64,000 nucleotides of DNA from IMG/VR virus record IMGVR_UViG_3300035670_000133; one strand, given 5' to 3'. The notes beneath the pieces were generated by a model. The model saw only the letters and a list, made by a program, of their open reading frames with translations. It was not told the DNA's origin and did no database searches. Source of the DNA: an uncultured virus (IMG/VR IMGVR_UViG_3300035670_000133). Lineage: Duplodnaviria > Heunggongvirae > Uroviricota > Caudoviricetes. Shown one piece after another: positions 48,278-57,600 of this stretch; position 1 is the stretch's first letter, and each line of letters opens with the position of its first letter. Made by a program: the position numbers and the translations under genes.

Positions 48278-49081
48278 ATGGTGTATACGCCGCAGACTAA
48301 TTGGAAGTACGACAATAACCTCTACCACCCGATTCAATCTGGTCCGCAGCGAACTGGGGATGACTTAGATCTTCGTGACACCTACTTAACAATTTCCAGT
48401 GGTTATGTAACTCCTTCTGGGATTAGTCAGACGTGGTACGGAGTCAACGACGAGGGCGCAGATTTTGGCCGGATTCCAGTAGGTCCACCAAACGTAAGCG
48501 GCTACTTTACAACTGAATGGCGTGCAGTACCGCCAGCAGTATCTGGTTATTGGACTAACTACGAGAACACGCAGCCACACGCTTCAGGTTTACTCGATAG
48601 CTATGTAGGCTTTAGGGCTCAGGGTCTCTATAGCACTGCTAATTCCACGGTTCAGACTGCTCTTGGACCCCAGCCTGGTTTAAGGAATTTTGGTACTCAC
48701 ACTTGGTATGGGGAGCAGATACCCGATAACCAGCTTTACAGTCCTTTCCAAACTCCTAGCTCTAATGACAACACGCTCGATGGTGGAGGTATTACAGGAG
48801 GTGGTGTAACACACCCCACCTTACGATCCCCAACACTTACAAACCCTACTAACGACACTACAGGCTCTCGTGCCGCGTGGGTTTACCACTATCCGATTTA
48901 CTGCCAGTCGTTGACGGAGACTCGTTATACCGGTGTACCCGGTCAAATGGGTATCCCGGCTAGGAACAGTTATCGAGGCAAGTCTCTTCGTTACGTTCCT
49001 AACTACGGTTCGGTATATGGTGTGCTTGGTGAGGGTGTACGTAACATGGTGCGTACGTTTAGTCCTGGGACGAAGATTTAA
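48278..49081 (+). CDS. Hypothetical protein (probably structural)
   Basis: G/T/Y/P-rich 267-aa ORF before the capsid gene. Confidence 0.65.
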   Translation: MVYTPQTNWKYDNNLYHPIQSGPQRTGDDLDLRDTYLTISSGYVTPSGISQTWYGVNDEGADFGRIPVGPPNVSGYFTTEWRAVPPAVSGYWTNYENTQPHASGLLDSYVGFRAQGLYSTANSTVQTALGPQPGLRNFGTHTWYGEQIPDNQLYSPFQTPSSNDNTLDGGGITGGGVTHPTLRSPTLTNPTNDTTGSRAAWVYHYPIYCQSLTETRYTGVPGQMGIPARNSYRGKSLRYVPNYGSVYGVLGEGVRNMVRTFSPGTKI

Positions 49082-49165
49082 ACCTCTAAGAGTGCGACAA
49101 CTTGTTGTCTCGTAGGGCTTTTAAAGATTTAAGATTACTCTTGTAGTTTCTTCTGGAAATTATCG

Positions 49166-51605
49166 ATGTTCATCGATAGCTGAGTGCTCAGTTTGTCGCC
49201 TAGTCAGGTAACTGGCTAGTGATAACCGGGTGAATTCAGGGAAGCCCTTAGGCAACTCTTCTGAAACAATCGGCATAGCCGAGAACCTTGAAAATTAGAT
49301 CTTTATTTGGAGTAGGCATCCTCCGATAAAGAAGCCTGAGAGTACCTCCGTCTCAGAAGCGGGGGTATGGGTAATCCTGAGCGAAGCCAATCAAGCGTGA
49401 TTGGAACGTGCAGAGACTAGGTGGTGCAACACGATCTTGTTGCGTAATACACCATTAGCGCCCGGCATCCTGTTTTACAGGATGAAGAGATAGTCCACCT
49501 CCGTGGGAAACTGCGGGTTTAGGTGAATGATTTTCCGAAGATTCTTGGTGCCGAGCTGTACCGTCCCCACCCCGCATACATCGTTGAGATGGCTGCGGAG
49601 CCTGTTGTAGTCCATGACTTCAGCAAGCAACCAGGTCAGACAGTGCAGCTGGATCGTTATCGTTTCTTCGGTAACCCCGGCTCCAAAGAATCTCGCGAGC
49701 GTACTGCTGAGCAGACCATTGGTACTGCTAACAGCCGCAATATCGTGAAGGATAAGGTGCTCGTGACGCTTCGCGAGTACACCGGTCCCGCTGACCCGAG
49801 TGATCCCACTCAGCCCAGCACCTTCAAAATTGCTAAACCCTTGGCCCTCGTTTAAGAAATTAAGCGATGTGCACTCCGTGAATTGCTGGAATCCCTCCTG
49901 ACGTTTTAAACTGTCCGGGAAATCAGCAGCCAAGCTTGATGAGTAATCATCTTGAAGGTTCAACGACTAGGGTTGACTGTACGCTTGATCTTCTGCCTGT
50001 CGAAGATAGAGCTTTCTTAAAAGCTTGTATTTTTGGCGACGGTTGGTTAGGTCTCCAACGCAAAAAATTCGTACACCTACGAATAGGTCATTCTGCAAAA
50101 CAGTATGACTGGCTTGCCTTTAAGGCAAAGGAGATTAACCGAATCCTAGGTAAAGATAGAAAAGTTTTAGGTCCTTACTTGCAATCAGACGGCGTAAGTA
50201 AAGATAAGGAACATGAGTCTTATCTTTACTGCGTTGATGACCATGCTTTGTTCCGACCTTGGTTTTCTCGATGGTACGAGGTACCTCCTGAGGGTAAGGT
50301 GATTAAACACATTACCCACGATTTTTTATCTGACCTAGGGCTACGTGAGTTAGCTGTTCTATGGTGTGATGATGGCTCTGTTAGTTCTTCTAATAGAACC
50401 AAGTTACATAAATTAAAGGACGGTACTCTACGAAAATATCCGTACGTAGAAGCTCAAGGGCAAATTGCTCTTTGTTCTTTTAGTCTTGATGAGTACAGAC
50501 TTGTTCAAGACTGGTTATATTCCTTAACTGGAATTAAATGGCGTTACACGCCTCGGATAAGAGACAAAAGGGCAACATTAAGCATCGGGAAACGGAAACT
50601 ACGTGAGTTTTTACCTTTAATAGCTCCGTATGTACCTTCCTGCATGTCGTACAAAGTCGATCTTTCCCACTGCCGATTAAGGTAAAGGAAAGGACCCCAC
50701 GAGCGCGGAGCACCCAAACAGATAACGCTGTGGGTGATGATATAGTCTGAACTTACGGGATGGTAAACCGTAAGAACTAGAGGATAAAGAGCCTCTAGGA
50801 TAACAATTTGAGGGAAACACTGATTACCGCCCAGCGCCTGCTGCTGGACACCGGTAACCTCACCACCTTCCACCAATCGATCGGCAGCCTGACTCTGCTC
50901 GACGACTATCGTCGTTGGCGCGACCGGGTGTTCATCAACGAACTCCTGAAGGCTGTTTCCAAGGGTCAATCCTCTGATACCCAAGGCGGTTACTACTTCC
51001 CTGGTGACCTGGCCACTGGTGCTCTGAGCTACACCAACGCCGAGCAAGCTAAGTTCGACGTTAAGGATGACCTGCTGCGCGTGGTGAAGAGCCTGCGTAA
51101 GCGGAACACTCCCACCTTCCAGGACGGTTTTTATCGCTGCGTTTGCGATCCGACCTTCCTGATGCACCTGCGTCAGAACAGCGACTTCCGTGAAGTTGCT
51201 CGTTATCCTGGCAACGGGCAGATCAACCCCCTCATGTCCGGAATGCAGCCCAACGCTGCTCTGTACATGGGTCAAGGCTTCGGTCAGGCTACCTTCGTGG
51301 CCGGCGAGCCGATCATGCCCACCGGCTTTGTGTTTGAAGGCGTGCGCTTCTTCGAAAGCACCAACATGCCTACTCAAACTCAAAACGCGACCATCGCATC
51401 TTCGACCGCTGCTTACAACGCAGCTGTTGGTATCTTCTTTGGTCCTCAGGCCGTTGGTGTTGGCATCGGTGGCAACAATGCCCAGGTGCTCCTCAACAAC
51501 AACGACGACTTCAGCCGTTTTATCATGATGATTTGGAGCCTGTACGCAGGTTTCGAACTTCTGAACGCTGACTTCGTCACCGTTGGTTACTCTTTCGACG
51601 CTTGA
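49166..51605 (+). CDS. Major capsid protein, spliced: join(49166..49177,49526..49834,50811..51605), 371 aa
   Basis: Joined exons read MFID|NDFPKILGAEL...TFKIA|RETLITAQ... in frame; capsid-like GFVFEGVRFFESTN and FFGPQAVG segments. Confidence 0.88.
49178..49525 (+). mobile_element. Group I intron 1 (348 nt, no ORF)
   Basis: Exon U then terminal G; P1 with U.G wobble; P3 CCGGGTG/CGCCCGG; P7 GACTA (49415)/TAGTC (49491); extra helix between P7 and P3 (IA-like). Confidence 0.92.
49835..50810 (+). mobile_element. Group I intron 2 (976 nt) carrying a homing endonuclease
   Basis: P1 GCT|AA with TTGGC; P10 CCCT with exon AGGG; AATTGCTGGAA / AATCAGCAG core; P7 GACTA (49965)/TAGTC (50743); terminal G. 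Confidence 0.93.
49939..50685 (+). CDS. LAGLIDADG homing endonuclease (double motif)
   Basis: FLKACIFGDGWL and LAVLWCDDGSV motifs inside intron 2. Confidence 0.9.
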   Translation: MSNHLEGSTTRVDCTLDLLPVEDRAFLKACIFGDGWLGLQRKKFVHLRIGHSAKQYDWLAFKAKEINRILGKDRKVLGPYLQSDGVSKDKEHESYLYCVDDHALFRPWFSRWYEVPPEGKVIKHITHDFLSDLGLRELAVLWCDDGSVSSSNRTKLHKLKDGTLRKYPYVEAQGQIALCSFSLDEYRLVQDWLYSLTGIKWRYTPRIRDKRATLSIGKRKLREFLPLIAPYVPSCMSYKVDLSHCRLR

Positions 51606-51619
51606 GGAGGTAACTAACA

Positions 51620-52498
51620 ATGACGATCAACCCTAATCAGATCTCGGTTGCCAAGATTTATCCTGGTAACTACACCAACGTTCTTCGTTACTGGCACGAA
51701 GAAAAAACCATGCAGTTCGAGAACGCCAATGGCGTTCAAACGAGCTACACCAACCAACCCGTTGGTGGCCCTGTCGGCGTGGTGTTCCGTCCCGGTTGGA
51801 TTGCTCAGCAAGCCATCGGTTACGTTGACCTGAGCTATCAGGCACTGGGAACCAACAACCAGCTGGATTACTACACCCAGCCTTATGGTTCTGGTCAGAA
51901 CGCTGCTAATCAGCCGTTCCTGAATGCCAGCGTGATTATCCCCTCCCCCGACTACCACAAGGATGTTCGGGCGGATATCACCAACGGTATCACCGCTCCT
52001 TCGGGTGCATTCGTGTACCGCACCTCGCTCCGTGTTGACGGTGGCGATGTGGTTAGCTCTGGTGTTGCAGGTGGTTCTGCGACTCCTCAGCTGACTCTGA
52101 TCCCTGCGGTTGGCCAAGGTCTCCGCAACACCACCACCGTGGTGTCTGGTCAGTTCGGTACCTCTATCACCGGTTCCGACAGCCGTATCGCCAACGGTAG
52201 TGTTGCCTCCACTAACATCATCAACAGCAGCAGCCTGTCTGCTCTGACTGCTGATACTCAGTGGAAGCTCTTCACCACCACTAACCTTGGTGGGGTTGCT
52301 GCCTCTGGTCTGGCTCAAGGTTCGGGTATCTATGATCCCCGTGCTGGCGCTGGCAAACTGTCCGGCAAAAACAAAGCACTCGCTATTTGCGAAGTTTGCT
52401 GGATTGTTCCTGATGCTCCCCCGGAGCGTGCAGACCTTGCTCTGCAGCCCGCCGGCATCGTGGAATCCACCGCCTATACTTCGACAAGTCCTCAGTGA
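51620..52498 (+). CDS. Virion structural protein (minor capsid/decoration-like)
   Basis: GGAGG RBS; co-transcribed with the capsid gene and has similar codon bias. Confidence 0.7.
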   Translation: MTINPNQISVAKIYPGNYTNVLRYWHEEKTMQFENANGVQTSYTNQPVGGPVGVVFRPGWIAQQAIGYVDLSYQALGTNNQLDYYTQPYGSGQNAANQPFLNASVIIPSPDYHKDVRADITNGITAPSGAFVYRTSLRVDGGDVVSSGVAGGSATPQLTLIPAVGQGLRNTTTVVSGQFGTSITGSDSRIANGSVASTNIINSSSLSALTADTQWKLFTTTNLGGVAASGLAQGSGIYDPRAGAGKLSGKNKALAICEVCWIVPDAPPERADLALQPAGIVESTAYTSTSPQ

Positions 52499-52516
52499 CT
52501 TAGTGTTGCGTAGCCG

Positions 52517-52542
52517 ACCCCTCCTTTTGGAGGGGTTTTTTA
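52517..52542 (+). terminator. Intrinsic terminator
   Basis: ACCCCTCC-TTTT-GGAGGGGT plus T run. Confidence 0.85.
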
Positions 52543-52630
52543 TTGGTTTCCTGTTCTTAAGTAATTTTTTACAGTATTTAGTGTTTTCCGCTGTCAGAGT
52601 TAATAGTGCGTACCGTATTTATCCAGTTTT

Positions 52631-52894
52631 ATGGACAATCGGGAGCTTTCGGACCTTAAATTAGAGCGTAAAGAGTGCCCTAGATGCGGTGCTACTTGGC
52701 TCAACGGTATCCATCACTGGCGAACAGGGTATAAAGGTAATGAGTTAGACCTTGCAGGACTTGTTTGTAACCGAGTTAACGACTCAAGTTGTATAAACCC
52801 TAAAAAAGGGTGTACCGGAGGGGACACTTGGGAGAAGCGAGCCGAATTTTTGGGTAATTTTGAGCGAGAGCTGAAGCGTATGAGGGAAGATTGA
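52631..52894 (+). CDS. Cys-rich cyanophage-type hypothetical protein
   Basis: CPRCGATW...DLAGLVCN...CINP...GDTWEKR. Confidence 0.7.
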   Translation: MDNRELSDLKLERKECPRCGATWLNGIHHWRTGYKGNELDLAGLVCNRVNDSSCINPKKGCTGGDTWEKRAEFLGNFERELKRMRED

Positions 52895-52937
52895 GGTATT
52901 TTGGTCTAAACTACTGCTCACATACTGACTTTTTCAG

Positions 52938-53393
52938 ATGTCTGCCAAAGTCTATAAGCCCAGTGGCGTCAAAATCGACGTAATTTCTACTCACGACGAT
53001 GGTGAGTACTTTATGGTTCGGTCTAGCACCACGGGGCGCGTGTTCTTCGCCCATAAAGACCAGGTTGACGACCACACAGAAGATACAAGCCCCACACCGG
53101 GCACAAATTCGTTGCAAACTCGCCGTGGTCGGCGACCTTTGAAGAAGGAAGAGGGCGAAGTGGCTGTTGTGAAGCCGTTGCCCCCGACCGACAACCGCAT
53201 TAACTTAAATAATTTGACTCCTGAGGGTCTGACCCAGTGCCTGCCCGGTGTTGGCCTTAAGACTGCTAAGGAGATCGTTGAGCTTCGTCAGTCTCTTCCC
53301 GGTGAGCGCTTTACGAAGCTCGAGCAGCTTGAATCGATTAAGCGTGTTGAGTGGAAAGAAGTTTTTGCAACTGGTGTAATTTACGTCGAGTGA
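52938..53393 (+). CDS. Helix-hairpin-helix DNA-binding protein
   Basis: INLN...LPGVGLKTAKEIV...FTKLEQL. Confidence 0.8.
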   Translation: MSAKVYKPSGVKIDVISTHDDGEYFMVRSSTTGRVFFAHKDQVDDHTEDTSPTPGTNSLQTRRGRRPLKKEEGEVAVVKPLPPTDNRINLNNLTPEGLTQCLPGVGLKTAKEIVELRQSLPGERFTKLEQLESIKRVEWKEVFATGVIYVE

Positions 53394-53950
53394 TCTTCTG
53401 GGAAGTTTAACCAAGCAAACTCACCGAAGTATTCGATAGCCGCTTTGTCATAAGCACGGGCGGCTTCTTCTTCTGTTCTAAAGTTGCCTAAACTTATGTA
53501 TTTATAGTTAACCCTAATTCTTGAATAATACCTGTTATCTCTTTTGTCTTTGTAGTACCCTTTATACGTTTTACGGTTTCTTGGAGGTGAGTTAGCCATA
53601 TTTTGACTTCGTGTAGCTTTTCTTACTTTGCAGTTATTAGCTGAAGATCTATCCGCGTGGTCGATTTCAGTGTTCCCTGGATCGATTCCATTTTTTAAAG
53701 CGTAATAAATTCTGTGATTTAGGTAAGCTGTATTTTTAAGAGAAAACTCATAGTAAACAGTATTTTTTCTCCAACACTTGTTACCTACTGGATCCCCAAC
53801 TTTTACTCGGTTGCTGGGTCTCTTTATCCATCTAAGAGTTTCGGGGATCGATTCGTCTATCTCTATATATTCCGAAATTAGCTCAATATCTATCGGTTTG
53901 CAGTTCACGTAGAATGAGCGTATGTAGGCGAACTTTAGCAGATGGCTCAA
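53381..53950 (-). CDS. HNH-AP2 homing endonuclease
   Basis: HRIYY...IDHADR...NN..VRKATRSQN plus AP2 LGNF.TEEEAARAYD; AT-rich and antisense. The start may be GTG 53908. Confidence 0.88.
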   Translation of the reverse strand: MSHLLKFAYIRSFYVNCKPIDIELISEYIEIDESIPETLRWIKRPSNRVKVGDPVGNKCWRKNTVYYEFSLKNTAYLNHRIYYALKNGIDPGNTEIDHADRSSANNCKVRKATRSQNMANSPPRNRKTYKGYYKDKRDNRYYSRIRVNYKYISLGNFRTEEEAARAYDKAAIEYFGEFAWLNFPEDHST

Positions 53951-54562
53951 CTTTCACAGAATGAGTTAGAGCAAATCCAAAGTTATCTAGCGCAGCAAGG
54001 CGTAACATTTAATGCTACGAGCACAGACGCCACTAAGCGCGAGATCGTATACGCGGCGGTCAATCAGCTTACACGTCAACCTAGTCAAGTCTTTGGTTAC
54101 GCTCTTGACGATTTCAACTTCAGTCGTGTTGCGTATCACTTAGGTTACAATATCGCCACTGTACCTGCTGGTGATTATGCAAGGTTGCTGGAAGCATGTA
54201 ACAGCATACCTAGCGAGTTTTACTATGACAAGATTATTCAGCAAGTAGAGCGATGCGAAGAAGCTGAGCGTTTAACTGAGCTGGCTACTGGTCGAGCCAC
54301 CAGTCGTCAAGAGACAATTCTTGGTGACGTGTCTCGCTCTATTTCGATTCAGGACAAACGCGAAACTGCTCGTATTTGGAGAGAAAATTATCTCTTTGAA
54401 TGCGATCGTTTAGCGGGGATGCTTTATGTACCCAACTACAAGGACCCCGTGGCATCCCGCTATCGGTTTGAACGCAGCGGCGGAGAGTTCATACAAGCCA
54501 TACCTGGACCTCCGGATGTTTCCAGGGCAGATCGACTCTATTTTTATGCGAATTGGAGATAG
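53942..54562 (+). CDS. Putative head-tail connector protein
   Basis: Helical 206-aa protein after the capsid module; positional inference. Confidence 0.5.
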   Translation: MAQLSQNELEQIQSYLAQQGVTFNATSTDATKREIVYAAVNQLTRQPSQVFGYALDDFNFSRVAYHLGYNIATVPAGDYARLLEACNSIPSEFYYDKIIQQVERCEEAERLTELATGRATSRQETILGDVSRSISIQDKRETARIWRENYLFECDRLAGMLYVPNYKDPVASRYRFERSGGEFIQAIPGPPDVSRADRLYFYANWR

Positions 54563-54593
54563 ACTGTCTCTATTGATCTCGCGTTAGTTACAG

Positions 54594-56408
54594 ATGCAAT
54601 CGGGCATTCGCGGAGGAGTCGGTTTCCTTAGGAATTTAATCCAGCGTGCTGGCGGAGCTAAGCAAGCTCGTCAGTTAATGGAAGCCGTTCGGCAGACGCT
54701 TCCTGCAGCGGAGATGAGCGGTGTTCGTGGAATCAGTGAACCTGTACGGCGAGCAGCTGTACAAGCGGGTTTAGTAGACGAACTTACTGCGTTTCCTTCT
54801 GCTGTTTCTCGTCAAGGTGGGAACCTCGGTGTGCTCGGCACTCGTAATGTGCCTACTGCACGTCAGTTAGGTCAAGCCCCGGTACCTCAGTTTGGTCCTG
54901 GCTCTCGTACTCCTGTCGCACCTGCAGGTTCTCGTCCCGTAAATCAACTCCTGCCACAGCCTTATCAAGGGCCACGCCCTCGTGGCGGAGACATTGTACC
55001 TACTTCTTCTCCCGCGACAGCACCTGCTGCTACTCGCACTCAGTTTACTGAGGATTTAATTAGCACTCCTGTTACGCAGGGGCCGTCTCGTGCTCCCGTG
55101 CAAGGTCCGTCCATGACGGGTACTCCTGTACAAGGTCAGCTGGATCTTCGTTTCGGTCCCGGAGCTCGTTCGTCTGCTGAGTTCACGACCAGTAAAGGTG
55201 CAGTACGTCCTGTTGGCACCAACATCGCAGGACAGCCTTTCCGTGGCGGCCCTGTCGCTACTGAGCGCAATCTCGAAACATTTGCAATTAATAGAGCCGC
55301 TTCTGAACCTCTGGAAGCTGCTGCACAGCGTGTACCCCAGGGGCAAGGGTCTTTCTTTATTGAAAACACTCCTGATATCTGGACCGACGCTTTCCGTATG
55401 CGTCCGGAGTTAGTTCGTCAGCTCCCTGCTGAAGTACAGCGTCGCATCGGCACTACGATGATGCGTGAAGCGGCTGATCTCGGTCCGGTCGCACCTCGCC
55501 CGGCTTTTGGACCTAACGCTGGGCCTGCTCCTGCCGACTCCATTGTTACACGCGCCTTTTCTGGGGGTGCTGCTGGAGGCAATGAACTGGTTGATCTTGG
55601 AGCTCTAAGCGCTCTGATGAACAACCCTGCCATCCGTACCGCTTTAGGTCTAGGTGGCTTAGGTGCGATTGCTACCGGCGCGGCTTTCATGGGCGGCGAC
55701 CGTGATCGCACGGGCGAGACGACTGCTGGATCACCTCCGATGACCCCCGAGCAGCCTCTATTTCTTGAGTCAGACGGGAGTGTTTTAGGGACAGCGCCCG
55801 GAACGAATCTCGGTCTCAATCCTCCCGCGCCTGGCAATATTGACCCTTCCGCCCCTGCTCCGCAAATTACGAGCGGAGGTTTGGAGCGTGAAAGTGCTAT
55901 TCGAGAAGCACTAGCTCAAACTGCTCCGGGAGCAGCCGCTGTTATGCGTGCCGTCGAGCCCATGAGCCCTGAGAAATACCGCAGCATCGAGGAGTATGCA
56001 GCAGCTCGTCAAGCTTATGCCCAAGCTAAGCCACAAGTACAAGCTTTGATGCGGTACATGGAGACTCAGAGCCCCACTGCCGGCGGCGGCTTAGCCATGT
56101 GGGCCAGTAAGTATCCTGGTCTTGCTTCGAGTTACCAAGCACAGCAACAGCAACTTAAAAACCCTGCCGCTAATCAACAAAGCTCCGAGACAATCACAAC
56201 TACGACTGTGACTGCTCCCATCGGATCCGAAGTTTCTGCAGCCGCTGTGGGTAACGCAGAAGCTTTGTCAAATGCTGCTATAGCCCCTAGCGCAGGTGCA
56301 TTTGATATGGCTGATGTAACTCGCCCCCAGATTCAACCAAATCTGCAACGGGTACAAGAGTTTATTCAGCGTCAGGCTCCTCGCTCGGCTATGTATGCCG
56401 GTTATTGA
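54594..56408 (+). CDS. Large A/P/G-rich protein (possibly internal virion)
   Basis: 604-aa low-complexity ORF with a central hydrophobic Gly-rich segment. Confidence 0.65.
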   Translation: MQSGIRGGVGFLRNLIQRAGGAKQARQLMEAVRQTLPAAEMSGVRGISEPVRRAAVQAGLVDELTAFPSAVSRQGGNLGVLGTRNVPTARQLGQAPVPQFGPGSRTPVAPAGSRPVNQLLPQPYQGPRPRGGDIVPTSSPATAPAATRTQFTEDLISTPVTQGPSRAPVQGPSMTGTPVQGQLDLRFGPGARSSAEFTTSKGAVRPVGTNIAGQPFRGGPVATERNLETFAINRAASEPLEAAAQRVPQGQGSFFIENTPDIWTDAFRMRPELVRQLPAEVQRRIGTTMMREAADLGPVAPRPAFGPNAGPAPADSIVTRAFSGGAAGGNELVDLGALSALMNNPAIRTALGLGGLGAIATGAAFMGGDRDRTGETTAGSPPMTPEQPLFLESDGSVLGTAPGTNLGLNPPAPGNIDPSAPAPQITSGGLERESAIREALAQTAPGAAAVMRAVEPMSPEKYRSIEEYAAARQAYAQAKPQVQALMRYMETQSPTAGGGLAMWASKYPGLASSYQAQQQQLKNPAANQQSSETITTTTVTAPIGSEVSAAAVGNAEALSNAAIAPSAGAFDMADVTRPQIQPNLQRVQEFIQRQAPRSAMYAGY

Positions 56409-56448
56409 TATAAAATAACTAGAGGATTCACGGCGTAACGAGTAGCGT

Positions 56449-56982
56449 ATGGCTGAGCTTTTTATGTCACCGCGCAGCTCTGTCTACTCGGGCGGCGATC
56501 TAGTCCCTTACCGGGAGCGACCTGATATCGGTGCCGCTCCTGGTATTGCTATGGGCACTGAACCTCAAGTATCTGCCGCCCCTCAAGGCGGCGGTGGGTT
56601 TTTAGCTGGCTTAGAGCGATTTGCTGGAGCAATAAATCCTATTGTCGAAGCGGCTGTTGCATTCAAGCGCGGTTACGACACAGGGTTACCTCTTCCAGGT
56701 CGATTCGGTGGTAATCGAATGGCCGGACAGGAATTTATCTTCCAAGCTTTGGAGGATATGCGAGCTCGTAATGAACTTGCATCAGAAGAAGCCCGTCGTG
56801 AACGAGAAACTGCTCGTCAACAAGATTTAAAGACACAAGTTTTGCTTAAGGCTTATGAGAATAAAGAAATCAGCCTTCAAGACTTAATGAAAGGCATAGA
56901 GTCCGGAGATCTTTCTGGCCTTGATTCTGCAGGAAAACTTCCAAGCCAAGGAGAGCCTGCAGCACCTAAGGCAAAACCATAA
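56449..56982 (+). CDS. Hypothetical protein
   Basis: Co-oriented ORF. Confidence 0.6.
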   Translation: MAELFMSPRSSVYSGGDLVPYRERPDIGAAPGIAMGTEPQVSAAPQGGGGFLAGLERFAGAINPIVEAAVAFKRGYDTGLPLPGRFGGNRMAGQEFIFQALEDMRARNELASEEARRERETARQQDLKTQVLLKAYENKEISLQDLMKGIESGDLSGLDSAGKLPSQGEPAAPKAKP

Positions 56983-57039
56983 GTGCGGCTATAGTTAAAC
57001 AGAGATTCTTTAGTTTACTAATCTCACGGAGTACATCTA

Positions 57040-57597
57040 GTGGCCTCTACTAGCACGAACAAGCAGCCCCTCATGGTTGATCGCCCCTTTTTTCGGGGTG
57101 CAAAAATCAACAGCGGAACCACCGTCGTTGCGGATGCAAGCAACCCAGATTTCGGCGATCTGATTCAGCTTGTCCGTGTGGGCGATATCCCCTCTGAAGA
57201 TGGGGCTTTGGTTGAAGATATCTTTGTTGTTTCAGCCGAAGGCTATCCAAACAACGGGGGAGTCCGATCTGCTGCTTTTGGGGTGTACGTTTATGCGCCA
57301 AACCAGGCAGCACCGTCAACCTCTACGTCGCTGCTCGTAGGCAAGTTTGAAGTCGGCCTCTCTGGTGACACTGAAGGTGTTATCCAGCGCGTTGAACTCC
57401 CAGCAACTGTGGCGCCCACACCTCAAACAGGTGATACGTCTCTTGTGTATCCTATTGAGCGAGGCAAATCCGAAGCTATGTACCTTGAGAAGGGTTACAT
57501 TCTCTGTATCGGATATCTTGGTAACGGACCCGCTGCTGTCTCAGGTGGACTTAGCGTATCCGGTGTTTCGATCATGGCTCAAGGCGGATTTTATTGA
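57040..57597 (+). CDS. Probable tail/structural protein
   Basis: Beta-rich, ends AQGGFY; precedes the fibre genes. Confidence 0.6.
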   Translation: MASTSTNKQPLMVDRPFFRGAKINSGTTVVADASNPDFGDLIQLVRVGDIPSEDGALVEDIFVVSAEGYPNNGGVRSAAFGVYVYAPNQAAPSTSTSLLVGKFEVGLSGDTEGVIQRVELPATVAPTPQTGDTSLVYPIERGKSEAMYLEKGYILCIGYLGNGPAAVSGGLSVSGVSIMAQGGFY

Positions 57598-57600
57598 TTC

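Noticed and set aside
49523..49855. Stand-alone 110-aa gene and separate 265-aa gene at 50808
   Set aside because: These are exons 2 and 3 of the capsid gene; their apparent GTG/TTG starts are intron 3' ends.
50544..52318. Long minus-strand ORFs (358 and 234 aa)
   Set aside because: Antisense shadows of the strongly codon-biased capsid genes; no recognisable motifs.
52938..53393. PsbU photosystem gene
   Set aside because: The HhH similarity is generic and there is no signal peptide for lumen targeting.
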